Origin: Abditibacteriaceae bacterium
GTDB lineage: Bacteria; Armatimonadota; Abditibacteriia; Abditibacteriales; Abditibacteriaceae
Direction: 5' to 3'
DNA length: 64,000 nucleotides
Assembly (NCBI GenBank): GCA_965277285.1
Contig: OZ255721.1
Span: 2,624,001 to 2,688,000, forward strand
The notes beneath the pieces are model-generated. The model made no database searches, was not told the origin of the DNA, and saw only the letters and a list, made by a program, of their open reading frames with translations. Numbering within the stretch: the stretch's first letter is position 1; each line of letters begins with the position of its first letter. This document shows positions 20,017 to 29,980 of the stretch, one piece after another. A program made the position numbers and the translations under genes.

Positions 20017-21696
20017 TTATTTCAACAACGCCACAATATCGTTCGACGCGACATTTTGAACTGAACCATCGGCGCGGTTTTTCACTTCGAGTTGGCCACT
20101 TTCGCGCGTCTTTTTGCCGATGACGATTTGTGTCGGGATGCCGAACAAATCGGCGTCGGCGAACTTGGAGCCGGGACGTTCATTGCGGTCATCGAACAAA
20201 ACATCCACTTTGGCGGCGCGCAGATCTGCGTACAACTTTTCGGCGAGAGCCACCAGTTCTTCGTCTTTGTCCAGCAGCAGCAAATGCGCTTGGAAGGGCG
20301 CGACGCTTTTGAGCCAAATGACGCCGCGCTCATCAGCGCGCGCTTCGGCAATCGCGGCCATAATGCGCGAAACGCCGATGCCGTAACAGCCCATTTCGAT
20401 GATTTGCTCTTTGCCGTTGGCGTCCAAAAACTTGGCGTTCATCGCTTTGGTGTATTTGTTGCCCAGCTTGAAAACGTGCCCCAATTCGATACAACGACTG
20501 ATTTTCAACGCTCCGCCACCGCGCGGCGACATTTCACCCGCTTGCGCCACGCGAACATCCGCCCAAGTTGAAACCACAATATCACGCTCGATATTTACTC
20601 CGCGCAAGTGGAAACCGTCTTTGTTGGCGCCCGTTGTCATGCGAGTTCTTCCGCGCAAAGTTTCATCGGCGATAATTGTCGCATCGAGTACTCGAACCGC
20701 GCCCAAACTGCCCGGACGCGCGCCCAAAAGCGGCACGATTTCTTCTTCGCGCGCCGCACGGATTTCACTGGCGCCCAGCACGTTCGCCAGTTTCGCTTCG
20801 TTCAATTGATGATCGCCGCGCAGCAGCACCAAAACCGGCTTGTCGTCGGCGATGTAAACCAACGTTTTGATTTGATGTTGAGCGGGCGCGCCGCCTTCAA
20901 ATTTCGCCAGTTGCTCAATCGTCACGATATTTGGCGTGGCAAACTCTTCGAGTTCATCGGCAATGTCGTCTCTATCGAGTACTCGATTGAGAATTGAAGT
21001 CGCCATTTCGACGTTCGCGGCATAACCGTCTTCGTCGCAGAAAAGCATTTCGTCTTCGCCGCTTTCGGCTGCGACCATAAATTCCTGCGTATCGAAGCCG
21101 CCGATGCCGCCGCCGCTGGCCTGCACGATTTTGGTTTCCAGTCCGCAACGCGCGAAGATTTTCTTATAGGCTTCCACCATCAAGTCGAAACTTTTGTCCA
21201 AACCTTCCAGGTTGGAATCGAAAGAATACGCATCTTTCATGATGAATTCGCGGCCACGCAAAAGTCCGGCGCGCGGGCGTTCTTCATCGCGGAACTTCGA
21301 TTGAATTTGATACAGCGTCACTGGCATCTGCTTGTAGCTGGAAACGCTGCCGCGCACGATGTCGGTGACGACTTCCTCGTGCGTCGGGCCGAGCAAGCAT
21401 TCGGTGCCTTTGCGGTCTTGAAGTTTGAACAGAATGTCCAGCTTGTCGCGTCCTGTTTCGGCCCACAATTCGGCAGGATGAAGCGCAGGCATGAGAAGTT
21501 CGAGCGCGCCCGCGTTGTCCATTTCCTCGCGCACGATTTGTTCGACGCGCTTGAGTACGCGCCATCCGAGCGGCAAATAGGAATAGATTCCGGCTGTCAG
21601 TTGGCGCACGAAACCGCCGCGCAAAAGTAGCGCGTGTCCGGCGTTGTCGGCTTTGACCTGGCGCAAAGTGGGCGCAAAAAATTGCGATTGTCGCAT
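20017..21696 (-). CDS. proS: Proline--tRNA ligase
   Basis: GIYSYLPLG, LGPTHEE, KFRDEERPRAGLLRGREF.MKDAYSF, editing domain, MGCYGIGVSR. Confidence 0.97.
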   Translation of the reverse strand: MRQSQFFAPTLRQVKADNAGHALLLRGGFVRQLTAGIYSYLPLGWRVLKRVEQIVREEMDNAGALELLMPALHPAELWAETGRDKLDILFKLQDRKGTECLLGPTHEEVVTDIVRGSVSSYKQMPVTLYQIQSKFRDEERPRAGLLRGREFIMKDAYSFDSNLEGLDKSFDLMVEAYKKIFARCGLETKIVQASGGGIGGFDTQEFMVAAESGEDEMLFCDEDGYAANVEMATSILNRVLDRDDIADELEEFATPNIVTIEQLAKFEGGAPAQHQIKTLVYIADDKPVLVLLRGDHQLNEAKLANVLGASEIRAAREEEIVPLLGARPGSLGAVRVLDATIIADETLRGRTRMTTGANKDGFHLRGVNIERDIVVSTWADVRVAQAGEMSPRGGGALKISRCIELGHVFKLGNKYTKAMNAKFLDANGKEQIIEMGCYGIGVSRIMAAIAEARADERGVIWLKSVAPFQAHLLLLDKDEELVALAEKLYADLRAAKVDVLFDDRNERPGSKFADADLFGIPTQIVIGKKTRESGQLEVKNRADGSVQNVASNDIVALLK

Positions 21697-21797
21697 AAGA
21701 AAAATCCTCGTGAATTAGCAAGAGGATTTTATCAGAGAAGCGAAATCGAGTACTCGATTGGATAAAATAGAAGCGACTTCATCGTTTGGAGAAAACT

Positions 21798-22230
21798 GTG
21801 TTTTTCAAGAAAAAGCCGAAACTCGATTCGTACCTTCAAGAACTGGCGAAGCAGCAAGTGTTTGTCGTGAGCATGAACAAGAACAGCGAGTTCACTCTCA
21901 AGGGCGCCAGCAACGAAGCGCTGCAGGACTATTTAGATCGAAACGCGCGAGACTTCAGATAACGGGACGTTCGAGCTGTTTTTTCTTAAGCAGCAAGGAC
22001 AGCGCATACATTCAGTGTTTACGGATAAAAAACGTGCTGGAATCTGGATCAAGAAAAAACCGTTTCCGTATGAAGGCATTGTCGCGTTCATTCAATTGGG
22101 AATGAACGCGACGGTTCTCTTTCGCAAATTCAAAGGCGCGCCTTCGTCCGCCGTTTTCGTCATCAATCCGCTGAGCGAAGACGAACGCGTTTTAACGCAC
22201 GAAGAATTGCAAGTTCTGGCCGCGTTGTAA
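21798..22230 (+). pseudogene. Probable frameshifted hypothetical gene
   Basis: GGAG SD and GTG 21798 give 54 codons to TAA ~21962; the +1 frame is open from 21937 to 22230. Confidence 0.45.
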
Positions 22231-22252
22231 TTCGAGTACTCGATGCGGCGCT

Positions 22253-22882
22253 TTACATGGTTTTATCTTCGCTGGCATCTTCATCGGCGATTTTGTGCGC
22301 CAGTTTTTGTTCAGCGGCCAGAGCGCGCAATTGTTCCTGCGAAACGCGGCAATCCATGTGCTGCATCAATTGCAAGAGCAAATCGGTGTTATGTTCCAGG
22401 TGTCGCAAAATGACGAGCACTTCTTTTTCGGCTTTCTGGTTGATTTCAAAATCGAGCTGAGCGCGCGTTTCCGTGTGGCGTCCCTGCAAGTTTTGGCCGA
22501 CCATGATGAGCGGCATCAGCAAAATCTGGATCACGTTGCTAATCAGCAAGTAGGCGACGAAAGCGGGAAACGGATCGAACGATTTCCAGTGCAAACCCTT
22601 GATTTCAGTCGCCGCGATGTTGTAGCCCGTCCAGACGATTGTCCACGCCAGAATAGCGAGGAAAAAGCCGACCGAACCGACGCGATCTGTGACCCACATC
22701 GCAATGCGATCCAGGCGGCTCAAGCCTGCGTCGTGAACCTGATTGGGATTGCGCACGGCTTCAGTGGGACGTTCATATTTGGGCAGGCGAAAACTTTGCC
22801 AATCGGTCGAAGGAACAGGGACCAAAGTCGAGGTGGAAGTCGGAATTGTAGCGGAAAGCGACGTGGATTCGGTTTGCGACAT
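22253..22882 (-). CDS. DUF1003-family membrane protein
   Basis: DRIA.WVT.RVGS, FDPFP.F, PLIMVGQN.Q.R...RA.LDFEIN.KAE.E. Confidence 0.85.
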   Translation of the reverse strand: MSQTESTSLSATIPTSTSTLVPVPSTDWQSFRLPKYERPTEAVRNPNQVHDAGLSRLDRIAMWVTDRVGSVGFFLAILAWTIVWTGYNIAATEIKGLHWKSFDPFPAFVAYLLISNVIQILLMPLIMVGQNLQGRHTETRAQLDFEINQKAEKEVLVILRHLEHNTDLLLQLMQHMDCRVSQEQLRALAAEQKLAHKIADEDASEDKTM

Positions 22883-23007
22883 GGTTTTGTCCTTGAGAAT
22901 TTTCTTAACGACAGTTTTCTTGGTCTGGCATTTTTAACTGATATAATGGGAAAGCGTCACGCGAAACCACTTTTTAATGCCGCTCCTCAATTCCGTTTTA
23001 GCGATCT

Positions 23008-23898
23008 ATGATTACTTATTTTCAAGCCATTGTGATTGGCCTTTTGCAGGGCGTTTCCGAACTTTTTCCGATTTCCAGCCTGGGTCATAGCGTTATTCTT
23101 CCCAAACTCGTCGGCTGGAACATACGCCAGCAGGATTCTTCGTTTCTCATTTTTCTGGTGGCGACGCATACCGCGACCGCGCTGGTTTTGCTCGGTTTTT
23201 TCTGGAACGATTGGAAGCGCATCATCAAAGGCATGGGACGTTCTCTGGCGCAACGCGAAATTCGCGCCGATGATCCCGATTCCAAACTGGGTTGGCTGCT
23301 TTTGGTCGGAACAATTCCCGCCGGAGTTCTGGGCTTGTTGTTTCAAGACCAACTACGAAGCATCTTCAATTCGCCGATTTACGCCGCGATCTTCCTAATT
23401 CTGAACGGTTTCATGCTTTATGGCGCGGAACTCTTGCGCCGCAAAGCGCCGATTGTTGCAGATAGCGGCAATGGTCATAATGCTGCGAACGGCGAAGTTT
23501 CTGATGCGCGCATCGCACAGATGAGTTGGGGCAAATCGATTTTGATCGGTTCGGCGCAGGCGATTGCCCTAATTCCAGGATTTTCGCGCTCGGGCGCAGC
23601 GATGAGCGGCGGACTTTTGGCCGGGCTTTCTAATGAAGATGCAGCGCGCTTCGGCTTTTTGCTGGCGACACCGATTATTGGCGCGGCTTCGCTGCTGAAA
23701 TTGCCGGAATTATTCGCGCCCGCCAATCATGGTTTGCTCGGCCCGTGTCTGGTCGGCGCGCTGTGTTCGGCAATTTCGGCGTATCTCGCGGTGCGCTTTC
23801 TAATGCGCTTTTTTGAGACTAATCGCTTGACGCCGTTCGCACTTTACTGCATCGCGGCGGGTGTCGTTTTTACTGGCTTGATCTGGGTGAAACATTGA
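23008..23898 (+). CDS. uppP: Undecaprenyl-diphosphate phosphatase
   Basis: GLLQGVSELFPISSLGH, ALIPGFSRSG, AARFGFLLATP. Confidence 0.95.
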   Translation: MITYFQAIVIGLLQGVSELFPISSLGHSVILPKLVGWNIRQQDSSFLIFLVATHTATALVLLGFFWNDWKRIIKGMGRSLAQREIRADDPDSKLGWLLLVGTIPAGVLGLLFQDQLRSIFNSPIYAAIFLILNGFMLYGAELLRRKAPIVADSGNGHNAANGEVSDARIAQMSWGKSILIGSAQAIALIPGFSRSGAAMSGGLLAGLSNEDAARFGFLLATPIIGAASLLKLPELFAPANHGLLGPCLVGALCSAISAYLAVRFLMRFFETNRLTPFALYCIAAGVVFTGLIWVKH

Positions 23899-23995
23899 TT
23901 TTCAAGGCAAGCTGTCGCTGAATGATGTGTCATTTCGAGCTTGCTCAAAGGGCGCAATGACACGTTTTCTTACTTGCGAACGTAGCAAAACACAG

Positions 23996-24027
23996 AAAAG
24001 CGATTTCGAGTACTCGAAATCGCTTTT
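23996..24027. terminator. 32-bp perfect palindrome between convergent genes, centred on the 12-mer
   Basis: AAAAGCGATT-TCGAGTACTCGA-AATCGCTTTT. Confidence 0.65.
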
Positions 24028-24046
24028 GCGTTGCTGTTGAACAGTA

Positions 24047-24277
24047 TTAAACCGTGCGTTTTGGGCCAGACTGGAACCAGGCGAAAACGAAGCTGCCCAG
24101 CGCCAGAACGAAAGCGGCGAGCGCGTGTTTGGTGTGCGGATGCGTATCGCCGGCTTTGTATCCGGGCAAAAACGCAGGCAAGGCTTGCGCGGCGTGCGTC
24201 GCATACAAATAGGCGACGACAAGGAATAAAATCCCGACGACGATAGCGACCGGAACCAGAGGTTTGGCAGAGTTCAT
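24047..24277 (-). CDS. Small 2-TM membrane protein
   Basis: Two hydrophobic helices around LPAFLPG...H.KH. Confidence 0.7.
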   Translation of the reverse strand: MNSAKPLVPVAIVVGILFLVVAYLYATHAAQALPAFLPGYKAGDTHPHTKHALAAFVLALGSFVFAWFQSGPKRTV

Positions 24278-24526
24278 TGGTGTTTTTCTCTCGAAGAATG
24301 TGCGTTTGAGGCTTTCGCGTAGGCTTTCTCAAACGCCGCAAGTAGCATAGCAGGGAAGATGCACTCGCCGCCACTCTTCGATAGCTTCGCCACACTTTCG
24401 AGTACTCGATCTGCTTTTGCAGCAACTCAAACGCAAAATGCCGAAGCGCAAAACATCGCGCTTCAGCATTTCTTCGTTCTCGAGGTTTATTTTCAAGGTT
24501 CGTTCTCACGGCCAGACTACTTTCCG

Positions 24527-25195
24527 TTACGCGCCGGGTGGAGGGCTGTCGGGACTTCCGCCAGGGCCACCTTGTCCGCCGCCCCAACCACCTTGTCCGC
24601 CGCCTGGCCAACCGCCGCGTCCACCACGACCGCCCCAACCACCGCGTCCGCCTGGCCCGCCTTGTCCGCCGCCCGGATTTGCGTAAGCAGCGGCATCGCC
24701 GACCAAGCCCATGCTCGTCAGCAGAGCATTCAAGCGCACTTTGCTGGTGTAGGAAATCTTGGCGTTGAGCGCGCTTTGCGCGGCAGCCGATCGCGTTTTT
24801 TCCGCAGCCAGGGCAGTTTGCAGAGCCGCCAGTTGCGTGCTCACAGCGGTATCGGTTGTGGTCGGCTCAAGTACCGTGTCGCGCAGCTTGCGGGTCAGGT
24901 CGCGCAAATTCTGGCGCGCCATTTCCTGCGTGGCCGCGTAAGCAACGACGGCATCTTGCAGCGTCGTATCGGTGTAACCGGCTTTGGTCAGCGTGTCGCG
25001 CAGCATTTTCGCGCGTCGCGCTTGCATATCGGCGGCAGTGGGCGGCGCTGGGCGTTGTCCCTGCGATCCACCTTGCGGCGGGCCGCTGCCATCATCGGGC
25101 GGTTGAGCTTGCGAGCGCACGGCGCCCGCCGCGACAACGATTCCCAATGCGGCGGGAATGGCCAATTTCTTCCATTTAGTTTGCATGCTTGACAT
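24527..25195 (-). CDS. Secreted helical protein with Gly-rich tail (Spy/CpxP-like context)
   Basis: Signal peptide, coiled helical core, GGxGG repeats; divergent from a CpxRA-like pair. Confidence 0.7.
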   Translation of the reverse strand: MSSMQTKWKKLAIPAALGIVVAAGAVRSQAQPPDDGSGPPQGGSQGQRPAPPTAADMQARRAKMLRDTLTKAGYTDTTLQDAVVAYAATQEMARQNLRDLTRKLRDTVLEPTTTDTAVSTQLAALQTALAAEKTRSAAAQSALNAKISYTSKVRLNALLTSMGLVGDAAAYANPGGGQGGPGGRGGWGGRGGRGGWPGGGQGGWGGGQGGPGGSPDSPPPGA

Positions 25196-25302
25196 ATTTT
25201 TCTCCAGAACGCGTCCGGCAAAACCATTCTTGCGGTCACGTTCCACACGTTGGTGATGGCGTTTATTTTGTCACAAATTGCTTGCCAAAAAGTCAAGACT
25301 GC

Positions 25303-25368
25303 GTAAGTCTTTTGTAAAGAAACGCAAAACCGCCATTCTGTGCCCTGCTTTTTCTTACATTTCTTTAC
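25303..25368. promoter_or_regulatory. CpxR-type tandem binding boxes
   Basis: GTAAA-N5-GCAAA at 25314-25328 (+) and GTAAA-N5-GTAAG at 25354-25368 (-). Confidence 0.6.
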
Positions 25369-25437
25369 GCCGCCTTATCAGACAAAAACGGCGCATCGCG
25401 TCTAAACTACACAATTGAATGCAGTGCGAGGAACCTT

Positions 25438-26211
25438 ATGAAACGCATTTTGATGGTGGACGACGATGTGGAATTGTGCGAGTTGGTGGGTGAATATCTG
25501 CGGCGCGAAGGTTTGGAAACCGACATCGTTCACGATGGCGAAGCTGGTGTCGCGCGCGCGCAAAGTGGCCAGTATAGCGTCGTGGTTTTGGACGTGATGC
25601 TGCCCGGCATCGGCGGTTTTGAAGTGCTGCGCCGCTTACGTGCCGGTTCGTGCGCGCAAATTCCCGTCGTGATGTTGACGGCACGCGGCGACGAAGTGGA
25701 TCGAGTACTCGGTTTGGAATTGGGCGCCGACGATTATCTGCCGAAACCGTTTTCCTCGCGCGAACTGGTCGCCCGCATCCGCGCCATTTTACGACGCGCC
25801 AATACAACCGCCAATGCGTCTGCCAATGCCGCGACGAAAGTTGAAAATGGAGCGTTTGGCGAACGTTTCGCGGGTGATAAAGTTGTGGTGGGCGATGTCG
25901 AACTGGATGTGGGAGCGCGCACGATTCGCCGCGCGGCAACACTTGTCGAAGCGACGGCGATGGAGTTCAAGATGCTGGAATTGCTGATGCGCGCGGCGGG
26001 CGAAGTCGTCACGCGCGAAGAAATTTCGCTGCGCGTCCTCGAACGCCCTTTGCTGTCTTACGACCGCAGCATCGACATTCACGTCAGCAACCTGCGCCGC
26101 AAATTGGACAGCGCATCGAGTACTCGAAACGACGAACTCATCAAAACCGTGCGCGGCTTCGGCTACGTTTTCGTCAAAGGTGCGTCAGTCAAAAGTGCAT
26201 CGAATGAGTAA
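25438..26211 (+). CDS. OmpR-family response regulator (CpxR-like)
   Basis: MVDDD.EL, LDVMLP, GLELGADDYLPKPF, YDRSIDIHVSNLRRKL, IKTVRG.GY. Confidence 0.93.
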   Translation: MKRILMVDDDVELCELVGEYLRREGLETDIVHDGEAGVARAQSGQYSVVVLDVMLPGIGGFEVLRRLRAGSCAQIPVVMLTARGDEVDRVLGLELGADDYLPKPFSSRELVARIRAILRRANTTANASANAATKVENGAFGERFAGDKVVVGDVELDVGARTIRRAATLVEATAMEFKMLELLMRAAGEVVTREEISLRVLERPLLSYDRSIDIHVSNLRRKLDSASSTRNDELIKTVRGFGYVFVKGASVKSASNE

Positions 26212-26329
26212 AGTTAAACGAACCCACAGCGTCAGCGACGGGCTGAAATAACACGGGCTGAAGTAACAATGACTTGAGACCTCAGGTTAATCCCATTGTT
26301 GACGCTGTGGGTTCGTTTAACTTTACTCA
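26205..26329. repeat. Long REP-like inverted repeat (CGAACCC.CAGCGT family)
   Basis: 30-bp perfect arms 26205-26234 and 26300-26329. Confidence 0.85.
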
Positions 26330-26357
26330 CTTCTTTAGATCTCCACGATTTCTTTTT

Positions 26358-27848
26358 ATGCGCCGTCTTTTTCTGAAAATTTTCCTCTGGTTTTGGGTGG
26401 TGCAAGTGCTCATCGGTGCCGTGATGTTTACGGTGACGACCGCGATGCGCTTTCAGCCGAGCCTTGAGCGCGAACATCCCGACACGGCGTTTGCCCTCGG
26501 CATTATGGCGCGCGACGCAGTAACCGCTTATGAACGCGGCGGCGCACTGGCTTTGCGCGCCAATCTCGACAACGTGAAAAATGAAGCGCATGTGAGCGCT
26601 TTTCTTTTCGATAATCAGGGACATGAACTTTCTGGCGCGCCCTCGCCGTTGATGGTGCGCGACGCGGCGCAACATTTTGTGAATCGAGGTACGACAAACG
26701 CGACATCTCAACTTTCGGCGTGGCGCGATGGGCCAGTCAGCACGCGCGTGGTTCAATCGCCCAAAGGCAACCAATTTTTGTTGGTCGCATTGCTCAACCG
26801 TCCGCCGCCGCGCGGTTTTTCTTCGGGTTTCATGGGCGACTTGATTCGTCCCAGCGGGCCGAGCGCGATTCGTTTGTTGGTTTTGCTGCTCACATCTGGC
26901 CTTTTGTGCTACGGACTGGCGCTTTATCTTACGTCGCCCGCCGTCAAATTGCGACGCGCGACGCATCAACTTGCCAGCGGCGATTTAACGACGCGCGTGG
27001 CCAACCAAATGGGACGAAGGCGCGACGAATTAGCCGATCTGGGACGGGATTTCGACCAGATGGCCGAACGCATTCAGTCTTTAATGCTGACCGAACGCCG
27101 TTTATTAGCCGATATTTCGCACGAATTGCGCTCGCCTCTGGCGCGTCTCACGGTCGCTCTCGATCTCATCGAAGACATTCACGACGAAAACGCACAAAAT
27201 CCAAATGCGCCGCTTTCGAGTACTCAATTGTCACCTGAAGAACAAAAAGACCACTCTGAAATCCGCAATTATCTGGCGCGCATCCGCCGCGAATCGGAGC
27301 GCTTGAACACTTTGATCGGCCAATTGTTAACGCTTTCGCGTTTGGAAAGCGGCAGCACGCGCGTTGAAGACACGCCGATTGATTTGGCGACTTTGCTGGA
27401 CGAAATCGTGCAGGACGCCAACTTCGAGGCGAAAAACCGCCAGCGCGAAGTTCAGATTACGCATTGCGAAGAGTTGACAACGCGCGGCGCTCCCGAACTT
27501 TTGCACAGCGCCATTGAAAACGTGGTTCGCAACGCCGTTCACTACACGCCCGAAAACTCGACGGTTGACGTTTCGTTGCAAAAAGACGGCGCTCAGGCGC
27601 TCATTCGAGTACTCGATAAAGGCGCTGGCGTGCCAGAAAGTGCGCTTGAAAACTTGTTTCGACCGTTCTATCGCGTGGCCGATGCACGAGATCGTCAAAG
27701 CGGTGGCACCGGTTTGGGATTGGCGATCACCGAACGCGCGATGCGTCTGCATGGAGGCAAAGTTCAAGCATCCAACGCGCCAAACGGCGGTCTGTTAGTC
27801 GAATTGCGCTTCCCGTTATCGGATGTCACAGGGCACGAAAAACGCTGA
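26358..27848 (+). CDS. HAMP sensor histidine kinase (CpxA-like)
   Basis: MRRLFLKIFLWFW, HAMP, DISHELRSPLARL, ENVVRNA, FRPFYRV..ARDR.SGGTGLGL. Confidence 0.92.
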   Translation: MRRLFLKIFLWFWVVQVLIGAVMFTVTTAMRFQPSLEREHPDTAFALGIMARDAVTAYERGGALALRANLDNVKNEAHVSAFLFDNQGHELSGAPSPLMVRDAAQHFVNRGTTNATSQLSAWRDGPVSTRVVQSPKGNQFLLVALLNRPPPRGFSSGFMGDLIRPSGPSAIRLLVLLLTSGLLCYGLALYLTSPAVKLRRATHQLASGDLTTRVANQMGRRRDELADLGRDFDQMAERIQSLMLTERRLLADISHELRSPLARLTVALDLIEDIHDENAQNPNAPLSSTQLSPEEQKDHSEIRNYLARIRRESERLNTLIGQLLTLSRLESGSTRVEDTPIDLATLLDEIVQDANFEAKNRQREVQITHCEELTTRGAPELLHSAIENVVRNAVHYTPENSTVDVSLQKDGAQALIRVLDKGAGVPESALENLFRPFYRVADARDRQSGGTGLGLAITERAMRLHGGKVQASNAPNGGLLVELRFPLSDVTGHEKR

Positions 27849-27860
27849 TTTCGGCGCGTC

Positions 27861-28556
27861 ATGGCCTCTTTTACACATTTGCACGATTGGAAATTAACGC
27901 CGCGCGAAGCGGTCGTTTTGCAAAAGGAACTGCGCCAACGCGTTCTCGAAAGCGACCACAAAAATGTTTCGACGCGCCCAATCGAAACCGTGGCGGGCGC
28001 CGATATTTCCTTTAACAAATATTCGTCCACGATTTATGTTGCCGTTGTCGTGCTGCGCTTACCGAATTTGGAAACTGTCGAAGAAGCGACCGTGATCGGC
28101 GAAGCGCAGTTTCCGTATGTTCCAGGATTGCTGTCGTTCCGCGAATTGCCCGCGGTTTTGGAAGCGTGGCAGAAGTTGCAAATCGAACCCGATTGCGTAA
28201 TGTTCGACGGCCAAGGTTTGGCGCATCCGCGACGCATGGGAATCGCCTGTCACGCTGGTTTGTGGATGAATCGCCCGACTTTGGGTTGCGCTAAATCGGT
28301 TTTAGTTGGCGATTACGATGAACCGGCGCCTGAACGCGGCAGTTGGTCGCCGATGATTCACAAAGGCGACATCGTCGGTGCCGCATTGCGCACCAAAAAC
28401 CGCACGAAACCGATTTATGTGTCCGTCGGAACGCAAATTAGTCTGGCGGCTGCAATTGATCTCACATTGCGCTGTGATGGCGGTTATCGCCAGCCGGAAC
28501 CCACGCGCCGCGCGCATCTGCTGGTCAATAAATTGCGGCTTGAACACGGAAAGTAG
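27861..28556 (+). CDS. nfi: Endonuclease V
   Basis: AGADIS, FPYVPGLLSFRE, DGQGLAHPRRMGIACH, GCAKS, PEPTRRAH. Confidence 0.95.
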   Translation: MASFTHLHDWKLTPREAVVLQKELRQRVLESDHKNVSTRPIETVAGADISFNKYSSTIYVAVVVLRLPNLETVEEATVIGEAQFPYVPGLLSFRELPAVLEAWQKLQIEPDCVMFDGQGLAHPRRMGIACHAGLWMNRPTLGCAKSVLVGDYDEPAPERGSWSPMIHKGDIVGAALRTKNRTKPIYVSVGTQISLAAAIDLTLRCDGGYRQPEPTRRAHLLVNKLRLEHGK

Positions 28557-28630
28557 AACACAGATTTTTCACGACTTCTTGCAGAAGTTTTGAAACGTGC
28601 TCATACGTACATTTTTCTATGAGCTACAAG

Positions 28631-29326
28631 TCAAGTCGCAACAATCGGTGTAAACGAAGCACGCAATTCGCGCACGCTTTCTTCGAGCGTTATATCTTTG
28701 CGAAAAAGTGCCGAACCGATTACCAGAACATCGGCGCCAGCTTTTACCACATCGGGCGCGGTTTGAACCGAAACGCCGCCGTCCACTTGAATCAAAAAAT
28801 TCAAGCCGCGTTCGGCGCGCTGCGTCTTGAGCCAGGCGATTTTCGGCAGGCAAAGCGGCAGAAACTTTTGCCCGCCAAAGCCTGGGTTGACGCTCATCAC
28901 CAACACGTAATCGACATCCGGCAAAATCGCTTCGAGTACTCGAATCGGTGTCGCAGGATTGATGACGACTCCGGCTTGCGCGCCGCCATCCTTAATTTTA
29001 TGCAGCACGCGATGCAAATGCGCGTTCGCCTCGACGTGAACGCTGATCGAATTTGCGCCCGCCTGGACGAAATTGTCGATGTAATCGCCCGCGTCGCTCA
29101 TCATCAAATGCGCATCGAAGTGCAGTTGAGAATGAGGACGAACCGCCTGCAAAAACATCGGCCCCAATGTTAAGTTCGGGACGAAATGCGCGTCCATTGC
29201 ATCGAAATGGAGCCACTGGCAACCGGCGTTTTCCAGAGCGCGAACGTCGTCCGAAACGTTCCACCAATCGGCGGAAAGCATCGACGGCGCGATGATAATT
29301 TCACGAGAAGTATGAGAATCTGTCAT
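28631..29326 (-). CDS. rpe: Ribulose-phosphate 3-epimerase
   Basis: IAPSMLSAD, HFVPNLTLG, DAHLM, MSVNPGFGGQKF, VDGG. Confidence 0.96.
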   Translation of the reverse strand: MTDSHTSREIIIAPSMLSADWWNVSDDVRALENAGCQWLHFDAMDAHFVPNLTLGPMFLQAVRPHSQLHFDAHLMMSDAGDYIDNFVQAGANSISVHVEANAHLHRVLHKIKDGGAQAGVVINPATPIRVLEAILPDVDYVLVMSVNPGFGGQKFLPLCLPKIAWLKTQRAERGLNFLIQVDGGVSVQTAPDVVKAGADVLVIGSALFRKDITLEESVRELRASFTPIVAT

Positions 29327-29361
29327 GGTTCAAAAGCTGTGCTTAGAAGCTGTCGCTGTTA

Positions 29362-29543
29362 GAGTGTGTATTCAAAGTGTTGGAAAGTCGTAGAGCAGTT
29401 CTGCTTGGCAGTGAAAGTTTGTCATCCTGAGCGAAGTCGAAGGATCTTGTAAAAGTTTGCACAAACTCTTGTGAGATCCTTCGGCTTCGCTCAGGATGAC
29501 AAACTCCGGCGACACACGATTTTCGCACTTTGAAGACACACTC
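29362..29543. mobile_element. 182-bp MITE-like element with a nested palindromic repeat
   Basis: TIRs GAGTGTGTATTCAAAGTG / CACTTTGAAGACACACTC (17/18), TTA on both flanks; inner IR TGTCATCCTGAGCGAAG.CGAAGGATCT at 29416-29505. Confidence 0.75.
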
Positions 29544-29918
29544 TTAGAAGCTGTCGCTGCGAGGACGAACGTCGTGTTCGTTAAGCGTTGGAACGGATTG
29601 AGTACTCGATGTGTTTTCCAGCGGCGCGGGCGGCACATTGGAGATCGGTGGCGGAATTGTTGTCGTTACAGGCGAAATTTGCTGTATTGAAGTGGCGCGT
29701 TCGAGGTTGCGTTGCGCTGCGACTTGCGTCGCCTGCAAGTTATTTTGAGATTGCGGCCAGCTTTCCAGCGCGTCAGCGACACGATGCACGCCATTAGCGA
29801 CGCGGCTCAGGCAATAGAGCGCGTAAATGCCGCCCATCAGCGACGCGAGAACGCCGATCAGTTTCAGGAACATCCAAAAACTGAGAAGCGCGCCCAAAGG
29901 ATTGCCGCCATCGCTCAT
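29544..29918 (-). CDS. Hypothetical membrane-anchored protein
   Basis: ATG 29918, N-terminal TM helix, Pro/Thr-rich tail. Confidence 0.6.
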   Translation of the reverse strand: MSDGGNPLGALLSFWMFLKLIGVLASLMGGIYALYCLSRVANGVHRVADALESWPQSQNNLQATQVAAQRNLERATSIQQISPVTTTIPPPISNVPPAPLENTSSTQSVPTLNEHDVRPRSDSF

Positions 29919-29937
29919 AAATTTCTCCACGAAGCAC

Positions 29938-29965
29938 GTACGGGCGAGGCATGCCTCGCCCGTAC
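29938..29965. repeat. 28-bp GTAG/GTAC-type REP-like palindrome
   Basis: GTACGGGCGAGGCATGCCTCGCCCGTAC, perfect. Confidence 0.8.
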
Positions 29966-29980
29966 AAGCCGCAATGTCTG

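Noticed and set aside
24540..24680. Gly-rich DNA repeats as a separate repeat element
   Set aside because: Explained by the GGxGG low-complexity tail of the encoded protein.
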